Shown here one piece after another: positions 19,205 through 28,645 of a stretch of DNA of 32,000 bases. Where the stretch lies: positions 1,620,001 through 1,652,000 of the forward strand of contig NC_008340.1 of the NCBI RefSeq assembly GCF_000014785.1, written 5' to 3'. A program made the position numbers and the translations under genes. The DNA is from Alkalilimnicola ehrlichii MLHE-1. Lineage in GTDB: Bacteria > Pseudomonadota > Gammaproteobacteria > Nitrococcales > Halorhodospiraceae. Below the pieces are notes generated by a model. That model saw nothing but the letters and a program-made list of their open reading frames with translations, made no database searches and had not been told where the DNA came from. Position 1 is the first letter of the stretch. Each line of letters opens with the position of its first letter.

Positions 19205-20200
19205 TCACCTGTTGGTCAGTGAGTGCAGCCGGGCCAGGCTGGCCTCCAGGCGCTCCCGCGTGGCGGGCTCGGGCCGCGCCTCCACCGGCAGGAACCAGCT
19301 CCGCGCCGGCGCCAGGCCGGCGCACTTGACCGCGTCCTTCTCGGTCATGATCACCGGCCGGTCATCCCCAAAGCGCAACTCCCCGGCCCGATAAGGGTGG
19401 TGGTCCGGGAAGGGGTGCGGGATCACCCGGTAGCCGAGCCCTTCCAGTGTGGCGAAGAAGCGCGCGGGGTGACCGATGCCGGCCACCGCATGCACCGTGG
19501 TGCCGGGTTCCGGGCCCCCTTCCGGCGCTGCGTCCGCGGCCAGTGGCCGGAGCGGACCGGGCACCAGTTCGAACCACCAGGGCGTCAATGCCGGTGCGCG
19601 TCCGTTGCTGATCACCATGTCCACGTCGGCCAGGCGGTCGGCCGGTTCCCGCAGCGGACCGGCCGGCAGGCAGAGCCCGTTGCCCAGGCCCCGGTGACCG
19701 TCGCAGACCACCAGCTCCAGCGCCCGCGGCAGGCGGTAGTGCTGCAGGCCGTCGTCGCTGACCACCACGTCGCAGCCGGCAGCCAGCAGCAGTTGCGCGG
19801 CCGCCACCCGATCGGGCCCGACCGCCACCGGACAGCCGGTGCCGCGGGCCAGCAGCAGCGGTTCGTCCCCCACCTCAGCTGGGTCGCTGTCGGCGGCCAC
19901 CCGCCGCGGCCACTCCCGGGAGCGGCCGCCGTAGCCGCGGCTGACGATCCCGGGCCGCCGGCCCATCGCCGCCAGGGTATCGGCGATCCAGGCCACCAAC
20001 GGGGTCTTGCCGGTACCGCCGACGAAGATATTGCCCACCACCACCACGGGTACGGGGAGCCGGCCGCGCCGGATCCAGCCCTTGCGGTAGCCATAGCGGC
20101 GCAGGCGCATCACCCCGCCATAGAGGGCCGCCAGCGGCCGCAGCGCGTGGGCACGCCAGTCCGGCGGGCGGCGCAGCCAGAAGGCGGGCAGCTCGCTCAC
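19205..20200 (-). CDS. lpxK: Tetraacyldisaccharide 4'-kinase
   Basis: VVVVGNIFVGGTGKTPLVAWIADTLAAMGRRPGIVSRGYGG...GDEPLLLARGTG...VVSDDGLQHYRL...MTEKDAVKC. Confidence 0.96.
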   Translation of the reverse strand: MSELPAFWLRRPPDWRAHALRPLAALYGGVMRLRRYGYRKGWIRRGRLPVPVVVVGNIFVGGTGKTPLVAWIADTLAAMGRRPGIVSRGYGGRSREWPRRVAADSDPAEVGDEPLLLARGTGCPVAVGPDRVAAAQLLLAAGCDVVVSDDGLQHYRLPRALELVVCDGHRGLGNGLCLPAGPLREPADRLADVDMVISNGRAPALTPWWFELVPGPLRPLAADAAPEGGPEPGTTVHAVAGIGHPARFFATLEGLGYRVIPHPFPDHHPYRAGELRFGDDRPVIMTEKDAVKCAGLAPARSWFLPVEARPEPATRERLEASLARLHSLTNR

Positions 20201-20240
20201 CGGCCACCCCCGCGGGTCGTCCCGGTTGCCGCGCCGGGGC

Positions 20241-20654
20241 TCATTCCGGCTCCGGCGTGGTGCCGATGGCCACCCGGGCTATCCCCAACTGGCCGGCCAC
20301 GTCCAGCGCTGTCACCACCGCCTTGTGCGGGGCGTCGGCATCGGCGCGGATCACCAGCGGCCGTTCGCCCTCCGCCATGGCCTCCTCCAGCGCCTGCCGG
20401 AGGGTGCCCGGCTGCCGGTTCACCAGCGTATGGCCGTCGAGCGCATAGTCCCCCTCGACGCTGATCACCAGATCGAGCACCTCCGGTTGTCGCTCCGCGG
20501 CCTCCGGCGAGGCCTGCGGCAGGGTGATGTCCAGGCTGCTTTCACGGATGAAGGTGGTGGTGACCATGAAGAAGATCAGCAGCAGGAACACCACGTCGAT
20601 CAACGGTGTGAGGTTGATCTCCGGGTCGCTGTTCCGTTGGCCGCGCAACCGCAC
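20241..20654 (-). CDS. ExbD/TolR-family biopolymer transport protein
   Basis: MRLRGQRNSDPEINLTPLIDVVFLLLIFFMVTTTFI...: conserved PLIDVVFLLLIFFM TM motif. Confidence 0.94.
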   Translation of the reverse strand: MRLRGQRNSDPEINLTPLIDVVFLLLIFFMVTTTFIRESSLDITLPQASPEAAERQPEVLDLVISVEGDYALDGHTLVNRQPGTLRQALEEAMAEGERPLVIRADADAPHKAVVTALDVAGQLGIARVAIGTTPEPE

Positions 20655-20655
20655 C

Positions 20656-21312
20656 TCAGCGTTCCTCCGGCCCGTTGGGCCCGGCCGCAGGCTCCAACAG
20701 GTCGTTGCTCCGCTGGCCCTGCAACACCTCCACCAGTTTCAGGGCCTCCTGCTCGATCTCCACCACCAGTTCCTCCACCCGGCCCCGGAAGTAGCGGTAG
20801 GCCATAAGCGTGGGGATGGCCACCGACAGGCCGGCGGCAGTGGTGATCAGGGCCTCGGAGATCCCGCCAGCCATGGCCGGCGTATCGCCGAGCCCCTGCA
20901 GGCTGATTACCGAGAAGACCTTGATCATGCCGATCACGGTGCCGAGCAGCCCCAGCAACGGGGTAATGGCGGCCAGCGTGCCCAGGGTGTTGAGAAACCG
21001 CTCCAGGCGATGGGCCTCATGCCGGCCGACGTCTTCGATGGCCTCGGTCATCACCTCCCGCCGGCAATCGGCGTTGGCCAGGCCGGCCCCGAGGACCCGC
21101 CCCAGCGGCGAGTGTTGGCGCAGCCGTCGGAGCCCTACCGCGTCCATCTGCCCGGCCTTGACCTGGCGCCAGGTGTCGGCCAGCAGTCCGGGGGGCACCA
21201 CCCGCCGTTTCTGCAGCGCCACGGCCCGCTCCACGATGATGGCCAGCGCCAGGATCGAGCAGAAGACGATGGGGATCATCAGCAGGCCGCCGGCCTGTAG
21301 GTGTTCCAGCAC
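20656..21312 (-). CDS. ExbB/TolQ/MotA-family proton channel protein
   Basis: VLEHLQAGGLLMIPIVFCSILALAIIVERAVAL...LNTLGTLAAITPLLGLLGTVIGMIKVF...EALITTAAGLSVAIPTLMAYRYF. Probable GTG start at 21312; the track ORF extends to 21414. Confidence 0.93.
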   Translation of the reverse strand: MLEHLQAGGLLMIPIVFCSILALAIIVERAVALQKRRVVPPGLLADTWRQVKAGQMDAVGLRRLRQHSPLGRVLGAGLANADCRREVMTEAIEDVGRHEAHRLERFLNTLGTLAAITPLLGLLGTVIGMIKVFSVISLQGLGDTPAMAGGISEALITTAAGLSVAIPTLMAYRYFRGRVEELVVEIEQEALKLVEVLQGQRSNDLLEPAAGPNGPEER

Positions 21313-21368
21313 GGTGGACGTTCTCCTCTTGCCGGGACGGGGCGGCGTCAGCCGCGGGGTGCGGGCCC

Positions 21369-23621
21369 TCAGGGGCCCGGTTCGCATGACCGCGATGATA
21401 AAGGATTTGCCCACCGACTTGGAGCGCCCTCGCCCGTGTCAGTGCTCCCCTGCCCCGGCGGCCACGGGCGGTGGAAGTAGCGCCCCTGATCCCGCAACCA
21501 GCACTCCAGCCGCAGCCCCTCTGCCCCGGGTCGGACGAGGACGGTGCCCAGCACCGCCGGGTTGTGGCCCAGGTGCGCGGTGGCCCTGGCATTGCCCAGC
21601 GTGGCCTCCTCGCGCCGCACCGGGTACCCGATTCGGTACCGGGGCGAGTGCCCCCCGGCCTCGAGCTGCTGCAGATGGGTGAGCGGGGCGACGAGCACCG
21701 CCATCGGCGGCGCCCCGTTGTGGTGCGGCCGCTCCGACGGGGTGAGTCGCACCCGCGCTTGCCCCAGGGTCGTCTCCAGGGCACAGCCCCCGGCCACCGG
21801 CCGCAGCCGGACACCGGGTGGCAGGGCGCCGCCGGCCTCGCAGGTTGTTACCGGGTGCGCCTGGGGGTAGCGCGCCCGCAGGGCCTCCAGCCCTCCGGTC
21901 CAGGCCGAGCCGCGGCCCCCGGGGATCAGGTAGTCCGGGCGCAGCCCCCGAACCTCCAACCAGGGCACCAGGGTGCGCTCGGCCGCGGTCGCGCCACGGC
22001 CCACTCGTGCCCCGCTGCCATAGACCAGAACCCGGTCCGCCACAACGAGCACACTGATCAGTCCGCGACCGGCATCGAGCACGGCGAGCTGCGACGGGGC
22101 GGATGCTGCGTCCGGCTGGGGCCCGGCCGCCACCGGCAAGGCGAGCAGCGGTAGCCCCAGCCAGCGCCCGAACCAGCCGGGCGGCAATAACAGCAGGAGC
22201 GCGCCTGCCGCCGCCACCCAGAGCCCCTGCCGGACCCCCGCCGGATCGCCCCATTGGCCGTACTCGGCAAGCCAGGCCAGCCCCTGCATCAGCCCCTCGA
22301 GCACGCCGAGGCTGAAGACCAGCAAGGCCTCGCTCAGGGGTGGCAGCAAGGCCAGCAACGGCACGCCCAGGAGCAGCGGCGGCACCACCAGGAAGGCGAC
22401 CACCGGGATGGCCAGCATGTTGGCCGGTGCCGAGATCAGGGGCAGTTCGTCGAACCACCAGCCGATCACCGGGAGCAGCGCCAGGCTGATCAGGGCGTGT
22501 AGGCGCAGCCCCACCCACCACCCCGATCGGTCGGCCCGCCGATGAGCAGCCAGCAGGAAGATGATGGCGACCGCGCCAAACGACAGCCAGAACCCGGGAC
22601 CCAGCGGTGCCAGCGGGTCCAGGATCAGTACCGCGGTCAGCGCCACGAGCAGGCCGTGGGAGACCGTCGGGCGGCGCCGTAGCATCAGGGCCCCCAGCGC
22701 CACGCCGAGCATAATCAGGGCCCGCTGGGTGGGCAGGGTGAAGCCGGCCAGGGCCGCATACCCCGCCGCCAGAAGCAGGGCAAAGGCCGCGCCAGTCATT
22801 CGCGCCGGCGAGCGCCGGGCCAGGGCCGGCAGACATCGCCAGACCCCGCCTCCGACGACAAAGCCAAACCCGGCCACCAGGCCGATATGGAGCCCGGAGA
22901 TGGCCAGCAGGTGACCGGTGCCCGTCGCCCCGAGCACCGACCACTGGGCCTCGGTCATGCCACTGCGATCGGCGACCGCGAGCGCGGGCAGCAGGGTCGC
23001 CGCGCCACCCTGCCCCACGCGCTCGCGGATCGCTCCGGCGATTTGTTCGCGCAGGGCATGGAGCCCCCGCCCCTCCGTCAGGCGTTGCGGAGCGGGCTCG
23101 GCCCGCACGTAGCCGGTGGCGTCAAACCGATTCTGGTGCAGCCAACGCTCATAATCGAAGCCGCCGTCGTTCAAGGCGCCCGCAGGGGGCCGCAGGCGCA
23201 CGGTCAGCCGCCAGCGCTCCCCGGCGGCGGGCGGCGTAGCGAGTCCATAGGCACTCAGCCGGATCCGCCGCGGGAGGCGGGCGTCGACGGGCTCCCCGTT
23301 CGGGGTGCGGGCCTGATCCGGCGCAAAGACGAACCGGGTGCTGTGGCCGCGGGGTTCGCTCAGGTCTGCGACACTACCCGTAAGGATGAGGTCCTGCCCC
23401 TCCAGGGCGAGGGGCAACCGATGGGCCAGACCGTGGTGAGCGTGCAAGGTGGCCCAGCCCAAGCCAAGGGCGAGCCCCGCCACCAGTCGCACGGCCGGGG
23501 CGCGCAGCGCGAGCAGCGGCAGTGCCAGGAGGGCCGCCGGCAGCCAGGGCCCGCCGGGCAGTGACGGCAGCTGCTGCAGGGCGACCACGCCCAGGGCGAA
23601 GCCCGACATCCCGGCGCGCAT
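21369..23621 (-). CDS. comEC: DNA internalization-related competence protein ComEC/Rec2
   Basis: Multi-TM ComEC core ALAVADRSGMTEAQWSVLGATGTGHLLAISGLHIGLVAGFGF...AFALLLAAGYAALAGFTLPTQRALIM... plus a C-terminal metallo-beta-lactamase-like part (AVLDAGRGLISVLVVADRVLVYGSG). Start MRAGMSGFALG chosen; ORF extends to 23651. Confidence 0.9.
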   Translation of the reverse strand: MRAGMSGFALGVVALQQLPSLPGGPWLPAALLALPLLALRAPAVRLVAGLALGLGWATLHAHHGLAHRLPLALEGQDLILTGSVADLSEPRGHSTRFVFAPDQARTPNGEPVDARLPRRIRLSAYGLATPPAAGERWRLTVRLRPPAGALNDGGFDYERWLHQNRFDATGYVRAEPAPQRLTEGRGLHALREQIAGAIRERVGQGGAATLLPALAVADRSGMTEAQWSVLGATGTGHLLAISGLHIGLVAGFGFVVGGGVWRCLPALARRSPARMTGAAFALLLAAGYAALAGFTLPTQRALIMLGVALGALMLRRRPTVSHGLLVALTAVLILDPLAPLGPGFWLSFGAVAIIFLLAAHRRADRSGWWVGLRLHALISLALLPVIGWWFDELPLISAPANMLAIPVVAFLVVPPLLLGVPLLALLPPLSEALLVFSLGVLEGLMQGLAWLAEYGQWGDPAGVRQGLWVAAAGALLLLLPPGWFGRWLGLPLLALPVAAGPQPDAASAPSQLAVLDAGRGLISVLVVADRVLVYGSGARVGRGATAAERTLVPWLEVRGLRPDYLIPGGRGSAWTGGLEALRARYPQAHPVTTCEAGGALPPGVRLRPVAGGCALETTLGQARVRLTPSERPHHNGAPPMAVLVAPLTHLQQLEAGGHSPRYRIGYPVRREEATLGNARATAHLGHNPAVLGTVLVRPGAEGLRLECWLRDQGRYFHRPWPPGQGSTDTGEGAPSRWANPLSSRSCEPGP

Positions 23622-23735
23622 GGCTGATCCTCCCTGATCAGAGCCCGGCAAGGAAAATGATGAAAATCCGGTACAGATTACGTAAGATTGCCGCGCCTGT
23701 CACGGAACAGTCTGGAATCCCTCGAAGGAACCCCT

Positions 23736-24326
23736 ATGCCCCGGCGCATGCTGAAACGTTGGCTACCCGATCGGCGCGTGCTGCACGAGAACCGCTGGCT
23801 GCGCCTCTTTGGGCGGCTGACGGAGGACCCGTTCCTGCTGCACCTGAACCGGCGCTCCATCTCCGGCGGCCTGGGGATCGGGGTGTTCGTGGCCTTTCTG
23901 CCTATCCCACTGCAGATGCTAGTGGCCGGCGGCATGGCCATCGTCGCCCGGGTCAACATCCTGTTGGCGGTGGCCACGGTCTGGATAAGCAACCCCTTCA
24001 CCATGCCACCCATGCTTTATTTCTGCTATCGGGTGGGAACGGCCTTACTCGGCGGCCGGGAACAGCGTGCCCCCTTCGAGCTGCGCCTGGAGTGGTTCTG
24101 GGACAATATGGCCGCCATCTGGCAACCATTGGTGCTGGGCAGCGTCGTCGTGGGTGTGGTGGCGGGACTGGCCAGCTACGGGTTGGTGCACCTGCTGTGG
24201 CGGATCTACATCTATCGCCACCTGCGCGACCGCCGCATCCGCCGGGAGCGCGCCCTGCAAACCCGCAATCCCCGCCCCGACCCGGGCCCCGGTACGAAAC
24301 CGGAGCCGCGCCGAAACGGCGGTTAG
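23736..24326 (+). CDS. DUF2062-type membrane protein
   Basis: 196 aa MPRRMLKRWLPDRRVLHENRWLRLFGRLTEDPFLLHLNRRSISGGLGIGVFVAFLPIPLQMLVAGGMAIVARVNILLAVATVWISNPFTMPPMLYFCYRVG: typical DUF2062 pattern. Confidence 0.85.
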   Translation: MPRRMLKRWLPDRRVLHENRWLRLFGRLTEDPFLLHLNRRSISGGLGIGVFVAFLPIPLQMLVAGGMAIVARVNILLAVATVWISNPFTMPPMLYFCYRVGTALLGGREQRAPFELRLEWFWDNMAAIWQPLVLGSVVVGVVAGLASYGLVHLLWRIYIYRHLRDRRIRRERALQTRNPRPDPGPGTKPEPRRNGG

Positions 24327-24340
24327 CTTGGCCGCCGGAG

Positions 24341-25051
24341 TCAACGCTCGTCGACGAACCGTCCGTCCATCAGCTCGAGGGTGCGGTCCATGCGCCGCGC
24401 CAGGGCGGCGTCGTGGGTGACCATGATAAGACTGGTGCCCTGGGCCTGGTGCAGCTCGCTGAGCAACTCGAAGATGCGTTCAGCGGTGTGGCTGTCCAGG
24501 TTGCCGGTGGGCTCATCGGCCAGTATGCAGCGTGGACGGGTCACCAGCGCGCGGGCGATGGCGACCCGTTGACGTTCGCCGCCGGAGAGTTCCCCCGGCT
24601 TGTGTCGGGTGCGGTCGGCCAGCCCCACCTGCTCCAGGATCATCTCCGCCTGCTCCCGGGCCTGGGCCGGGGCCAGGCCGCCGATCAGTCCGGGCATGGC
24701 CACGTTCTCCAGCGCGGTGAACTCGGGGAGCAAGTGGTGAAACTGGTAGACGAACCCCAGGTTGCGGTTACGCAGCCAGCCGCGGCGGCGCTCAGAGAGC
24801 GAGGACAGGGCCTCGCCGGCCAGCCAGACCTCGCCCCGGGTGGGCCGGTCGAGCCCGCCGAGCAGGTGCAGCAGGGTACTCTTGCCGGAGCCGGAGCGAC
24901 CGACGATGGCCATCTGTTCCCCGGGCGCCACCGCCAGGTCGATGCCGCTGAGCACGTTCACGTCCAGCGGTCCTTCCTTGAAACGCTTGTGCAGGTCCCG
25001 GCAGGCCAGCACCGGGGCGTCCTTTCCGTTCATCCCCAAGGCCTCACTCAT
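24341..25051 (-). CDS. lolD: Lipoprotein-releasing ABC transporter ATP-binding protein
   Basis: [71 protein letters not shown]...[15 protein letters not shown]...[14 protein letters not shown]. Start 25051 (or 25033). Confidence 0.96.
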
Positions 25052-26291
25052 AGCGCAATGCCTCCGCCGGCGCGGTACGGGCACCCCGCCAGGCCGGGTA
25101 GAGAGTGGCCAGAAACGACAGCACCAGGGCCAGGCCGGTGATCCGGCCGACGTCCCCCCAGTCCAGGTCCGACGGGAGATCACTGATGTAGTAGACATCG
25201 GCCGGCAGGAACTCGACCTGGAGCAGCTGTTCGATGGCGGGGACAATGTTCTCGACATTGAGGGCCAGCGCGATCCCACCGGCCACGCCCAGGGCGGTGC
25301 CGACGACGCCAATGATCGTGCCCTGGATGATAAACACCCCCATCACACTGCCCGGGCTCAAGCCCAGGGTCCGCAGGATGGCGATATCCGCCTGCTTGTC
25401 CCGCACCACCATCACCAGGGTGGAGACGATGTTGAAAGCGGCCACCGCGACGATCAGGGTGAGGATGACGAACATCACCGTCTTCTCGGTCTGCACCGCG
25501 CGGAAGAAGTTCTCGTGATGCCGCGTCCAGTCGCGCACGCTGTAGACCCCGGGGAGCATCTCCGCGACCTCGGTGGCCAGCCGCGGCGCCGCCAGCAGCT
25601 CGTCGAAACGAACGCGGATACCGCTGGCCCCCTCGCCGGCCCGGAACAGGCGGGCTGCGTCCTCCATGTGCACCAGCGCGATGCCCTTGTCGTACTGGTA
25701 CATGCCGACCTCGAACACGCCGACCACGGTGAACCGGCGCAGGCGGGGGGTGATGCCCGCCACCGATACCCGCGCCTCAGGGGCTACGATGGTCACCCGG
25801 TCCCCGCCACGCACCCCCAGGGTACGCGCCAGTTCCGAACCCAGGACAATACCGAACTCGCCGGGACGCAGGTCATCCAGCCGCCCCTCCACCAGTTGGT
25901 GAGCCACCTCGGAGACCTCGCCTTCCAGCGCCGGCACCACCCCTTGCACCAGCACGCCGCTCACCTCGCCGCCCCGCGTGATCATGGCCTCGCCCTCGAC
26001 AAAGGGCGCCGCCCCCTCGACCCGTGGATGGGAGAGCACGGCCTCGCGCACTGCCTGCCAGTCCTCCATGGGCTCCCCCCAAGCGGAGACGGTGGCGTGG
26101 GAGATCATGCCTAGAATCCGTTCCCTAAGCTCACGTTCGAAGCCGTTCATCACCGAAAGCACGACGATAAGGGCCGTAACCCCCAGCATGATGCCAATGA
26201 TCGAGCTCAGGGAGATGAAGGAGATAAAGTGGTTCCGGCGCCGGGCTCCGGTGTAGCGCAGCCCGATCCAGCACTCCAGGGGTTTGAACAT
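25044..26291 (-). CDS. Lipoprotein-releasing ABC transporter permease, LolC/LolE family (possibly LolF-type)
   Basis: [62 protein letters not shown]...[28 protein letters not shown]; directly upstream of lolD. ATG at 26291. Confidence 0.95.
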
Positions 26292-26315
26292 CAAAGCAGT
26301 CTCGTCAGCGTCCTC

Positions 26316-27032
26316 TCAGGGGCAGTGCACGGGCAGTTCGCGGGTCAGCTCGATACCCTCCGGGCTCGGCCCGCCCTGCAGCGCGTAGGCCTCCATGCCA
26401 TCGGCCAGGGCGGCGCGCAGGGCCTGGCCGTAAGCCCGGTCGATGGCATCGGCAGGATGCACCTCACGGACATCCGGGCGCTGCACGCAGAATACCAGGG
26501 CAGTGCGCCGCCCTGCCCGGGCTTCGGCGGCGAGCACGTCCAGGTGCCGGGTGCCGCGGGCGCTCACCGCATCCGGGAACAGCGCGACCCCGTCGGCCAC
26601 CGCCGCGGTTACATTCTTGACCTCCAGCAGGCAGTCGGGTTCACCCTCGCTATGATCGCCCAGCAGCAGGTCGGCGCGCATCGGGCGGTTGACGACCCGC
26701 ACCTCCCGGCGCACCCGGCGGTACCCGCGCAGCGCCGGCAATCGGCCGGCGAGCAGCGCTTCCTCCACTAGGGCGTTGGCGCGCCCGGTGTGCACCCCGA
26801 CCACCACGCCCGCCGCCACCTCCACGAGCTCCCAGGTATAGGCGTACTTGCGCCGGGGGTTGTCCGAGCGGGAGACCCAGACCCGGGAGCCGGGCTCGGC
26901 ACAGCCCATCATCGAGCCGGTGTTGGGGCAATGCGCGGTGATCCGCTCGCCGCTATCCAGTGTGATGTCGGCGAGAAAGCGTTTGTACCGTCGTATCAGT
27001 TGGCCGCCCTGCAAGGGGGTGTCGAAAATCAT
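26316..27032 (-). CDS. sfsA: Sugar fermentation stimulation protein A (nuclease-like)
   Basis: MIFDTPLQGGQLIRRYKRFLADITLDSGERITAHCPNTGSMMGCAEPGSRVWVSRSDNPRRKYAYTWELVE...CLLEVKNVT...FPDAVSARGTRHLDVL. Confidence 0.97.
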   Translation of the reverse strand: MIFDTPLQGGQLIRRYKRFLADITLDSGERITAHCPNTGSMMGCAEPGSRVWVSRSDNPRRKYAYTWELVEVAAGVVVGVHTGRANALVEEALLAGRLPALRGYRRVRREVRVVNRPMRADLLLGDHSEGEPDCLLEVKNVTAAVADGVALFPDAVSARGTRHLDVLAAEARAGRRTALVFCVQRPDVREVHPADAIDRAYGQALRAALADGMEAYALQGGPSPEGIELTRELPVHCP

Positions 27033-27095
27033 GCGATACGTCCGTTTCTGCTCGCGCGGTGGCGGGTATTCGTGGTCGGCGGAGAGTGTAACCGT

Positions 27096-27123
27096 TTTAC
27101 CGGGGGGTGCGGGATGATATATT
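27096..27123 (+). promoter_or_regulatory. Candidate sigma-70 promoter for the 27158-30664 gene group
   Basis: TTTACC (27096-27101), 16-nt spacer, TATATT (27118-27123), 34 nt upstream of the ATG at 27158. Confidence 0.4.
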
Positions 27124-27157
27124 CGCCGAAACGGCGCGGGGAGGACCCTTGAAGCAG

Positions 27158-27475
27158 ATGAAACCCCACATCGGTGTCAGTGCCCTGATCATCGCCCTGA
27201 GCCTGTGGCCGGCGGTGCAGGCCGGCGAGGTGCGTCAACAGCCCTCTATAGAAGGTACCGTCCTGTTGATCGAGCTTCTAGAGCGGGAGCGCGACCTGGC
27301 CGAACAACGTCCGCGTGGCGGCATGACCCAGGCACAGGTCGAGAGCGCCTTCGGCGCGCCGCAGACGCGGCACCGCCCCGTGGGCGAGCCGCCGATTGCC
27401 CGCTGGGTCTACGAGGACTTCATCGTCTATTTCGAGTACGACCGCGTCATCCGAGCCGTGAGCCGGCGGCAATGA
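27158..27475 (+). CDS. Small secreted protein with SmpA/BamE-like pattern
   Basis: MKPHIGVSALIIALSLWPAVQAGE signal peptide, then GGMTQAQVESAFGAPQTRHRPVGEPPIARWVYEDFIVYFEYDRVIRAV, resembling the SmpA/OmlA fold signature. Confidence 0.75.
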   Translation: MKPHIGVSALIIALSLWPAVQAGEVRQQPSIEGTVLLIELLERERDLAEQRPRGGMTQAQVESAFGAPQTRHRPVGEPPIARWVYEDFIVYFEYDRVIRAVSRRQ

Positions 27476-27503
27476 ACCGCAGCACCTGCCTAATCCTGAT
27501 GTC

Positions 27504-28601
27504 GTGATTCCACCGCTCACCCCCTGGGCCCAACGCCCCCGTTTGCCCGCCGAATGGGAGCGGCAGGCGGCCGTGCAATTGACTTGGCCCCACGACCGGG
27601 ACGGGCTCTGGGGCGACCAGCTCCCGGCTGTGGAGGGCTGCTTTGTGGCGATGGCGAGTGCTATCGCCGCTCACCAGCCGGTACTGGTCGTCTGCCACGA
27701 CGAGCGACTGCGCGAGCGTGTGGACGTGCTGCTGGCCCGGGCCGGCATGGCCGCAGAGGCCCGCCGCCTGGCCGTGGCGCCATCGAACGATATATGGGCG
27801 CGGGACCACGGGCCGATCACAGTGCTCAACGGTGACGGCCGCCCGCTTATCCAGGATTTCGCCTTCAACGGGTGGGGCCAGCGTTACCGCGCCGATCGAG
27901 ACGATGTGATCACGCAGCACCTGGTCCAGCAGGGCGTCTTCGGTGAGTCCCGCTTCCGCCGAGTGGAGTGGGTGCTGGAGGGAGGCGCAATCGATGCCGA
28001 CGGCGCCGGCACCCTGTTGACCACCACCCGGTGTCTGCTGAACGACAACCGAAACCCGGGGGCCACCCGGGCGCAGGTGGAACAGCAATTGATCGCCCGG
28101 CTAGGCGCCAGCCGCGTCCTCTGGCTGGAACGGGGCGGGTTGACCGGGGATGACACCGACGGCCATGTGGATATGCTGGCCCGCTTCGTCGATCCGGAGA
28201 CCATCGTCTACCAGGCCTGCGATGATCCGGACGACGCGGACTACCCGGAGCTTCAGGCCATGCTCAGCGCCTTACGCGGCTTCACGACCCTGCGCGGTGG
28301 CGGGTACCGCCTGGTCCCCCTGCCCTGGCCGGCGATCAAGCGCGATGAGCAGGGGATGCGCCTGCCGGCCAGCTATGCCAACTTTTTGATCATCAACGGG
28401 GCGGTGCTGGTGCCTCAGTATCAGGACCCGGCCGACGACCGGGCCCGGGCGGTGCTGGGTGAGCTGTTTCCCGATCGCGAGATCATCGGCATTCCCGCCG
28501 TGCCGCTCATTCAGCAGCACGGCAGCGTCCACTGTGCCACCATGCAACTGCCGGCCGGTGTCACCGTTGTTGCGCCGGACCCGGCCGGGCACGCGGCCTG
28601 A
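27504..28601 (+). CDS. aguA: Agmatine deiminase (peptidylarginine-deiminase-like)
   Basis: GTG start; PPLTPWAQRPRLPAEWERQAAVQLTWPHDRDGLW...APSNDIWARDHGPITV...FNGWGQRY...VLEGGAIDADGAGTLLTTTRCLLNDNRNPG...GDDTDGHVDMLARF...GSVHCATMQLPA. Confidence 0.95.
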   Translation: MIPPLTPWAQRPRLPAEWERQAAVQLTWPHDRDGLWGDQLPAVEGCFVAMASAIAAHQPVLVVCHDERLRERVDVLLARAGMAAEARRLAVAPSNDIWARDHGPITVLNGDGRPLIQDFAFNGWGQRYRADRDDVITQHLVQQGVFGESRFRRVEWVLEGGAIDADGAGTLLTTTRCLLNDNRNPGATRAQVEQQLIARLGASRVLWLERGGLTGDDTDGHVDMLARFVDPETIVYQACDDPDDADYPELQAMLSALRGFTTLRGGGYRLVPLPWPAIKRDEQGMRLPASYANFLIINGAVLVPQYQDPADDRARAVLGELFPDREIIGIPAVPLIQQHGSVHCATMQLPAGVTVVAPDPAGHAA

Positions 28602-28645
28602 GGCCCCGGCACGCCGCTACCCGTACCGAGACGGAGGACCCTGCC

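Noticed and set aside
18123-19325. 400-aa plus-strand ORF antisense to kdsB
   Set aside because: Overlaps a textbook kdsB and has no protein-like conserved motifs.
21439-22944. 501-aa minus-strand ORF overlapping comEC
   Set aside because: Alternate-frame shadow of comEC with no recognisable motifs; Gly/Arg/Ala-rich composition typical of frame artefacts.
23522-25141. 539-aa plus-strand ORF spanning the comEC start, DUF2062 gene and lolD
   Set aside because: Overlaps three supported genes in other frames; translation is low-complexity.
24762-26114. 450-aa plus-strand ORF antisense to the Lol permease
   Set aside because: Antisense shadow; the minus strand is unambiguous LolC/E.
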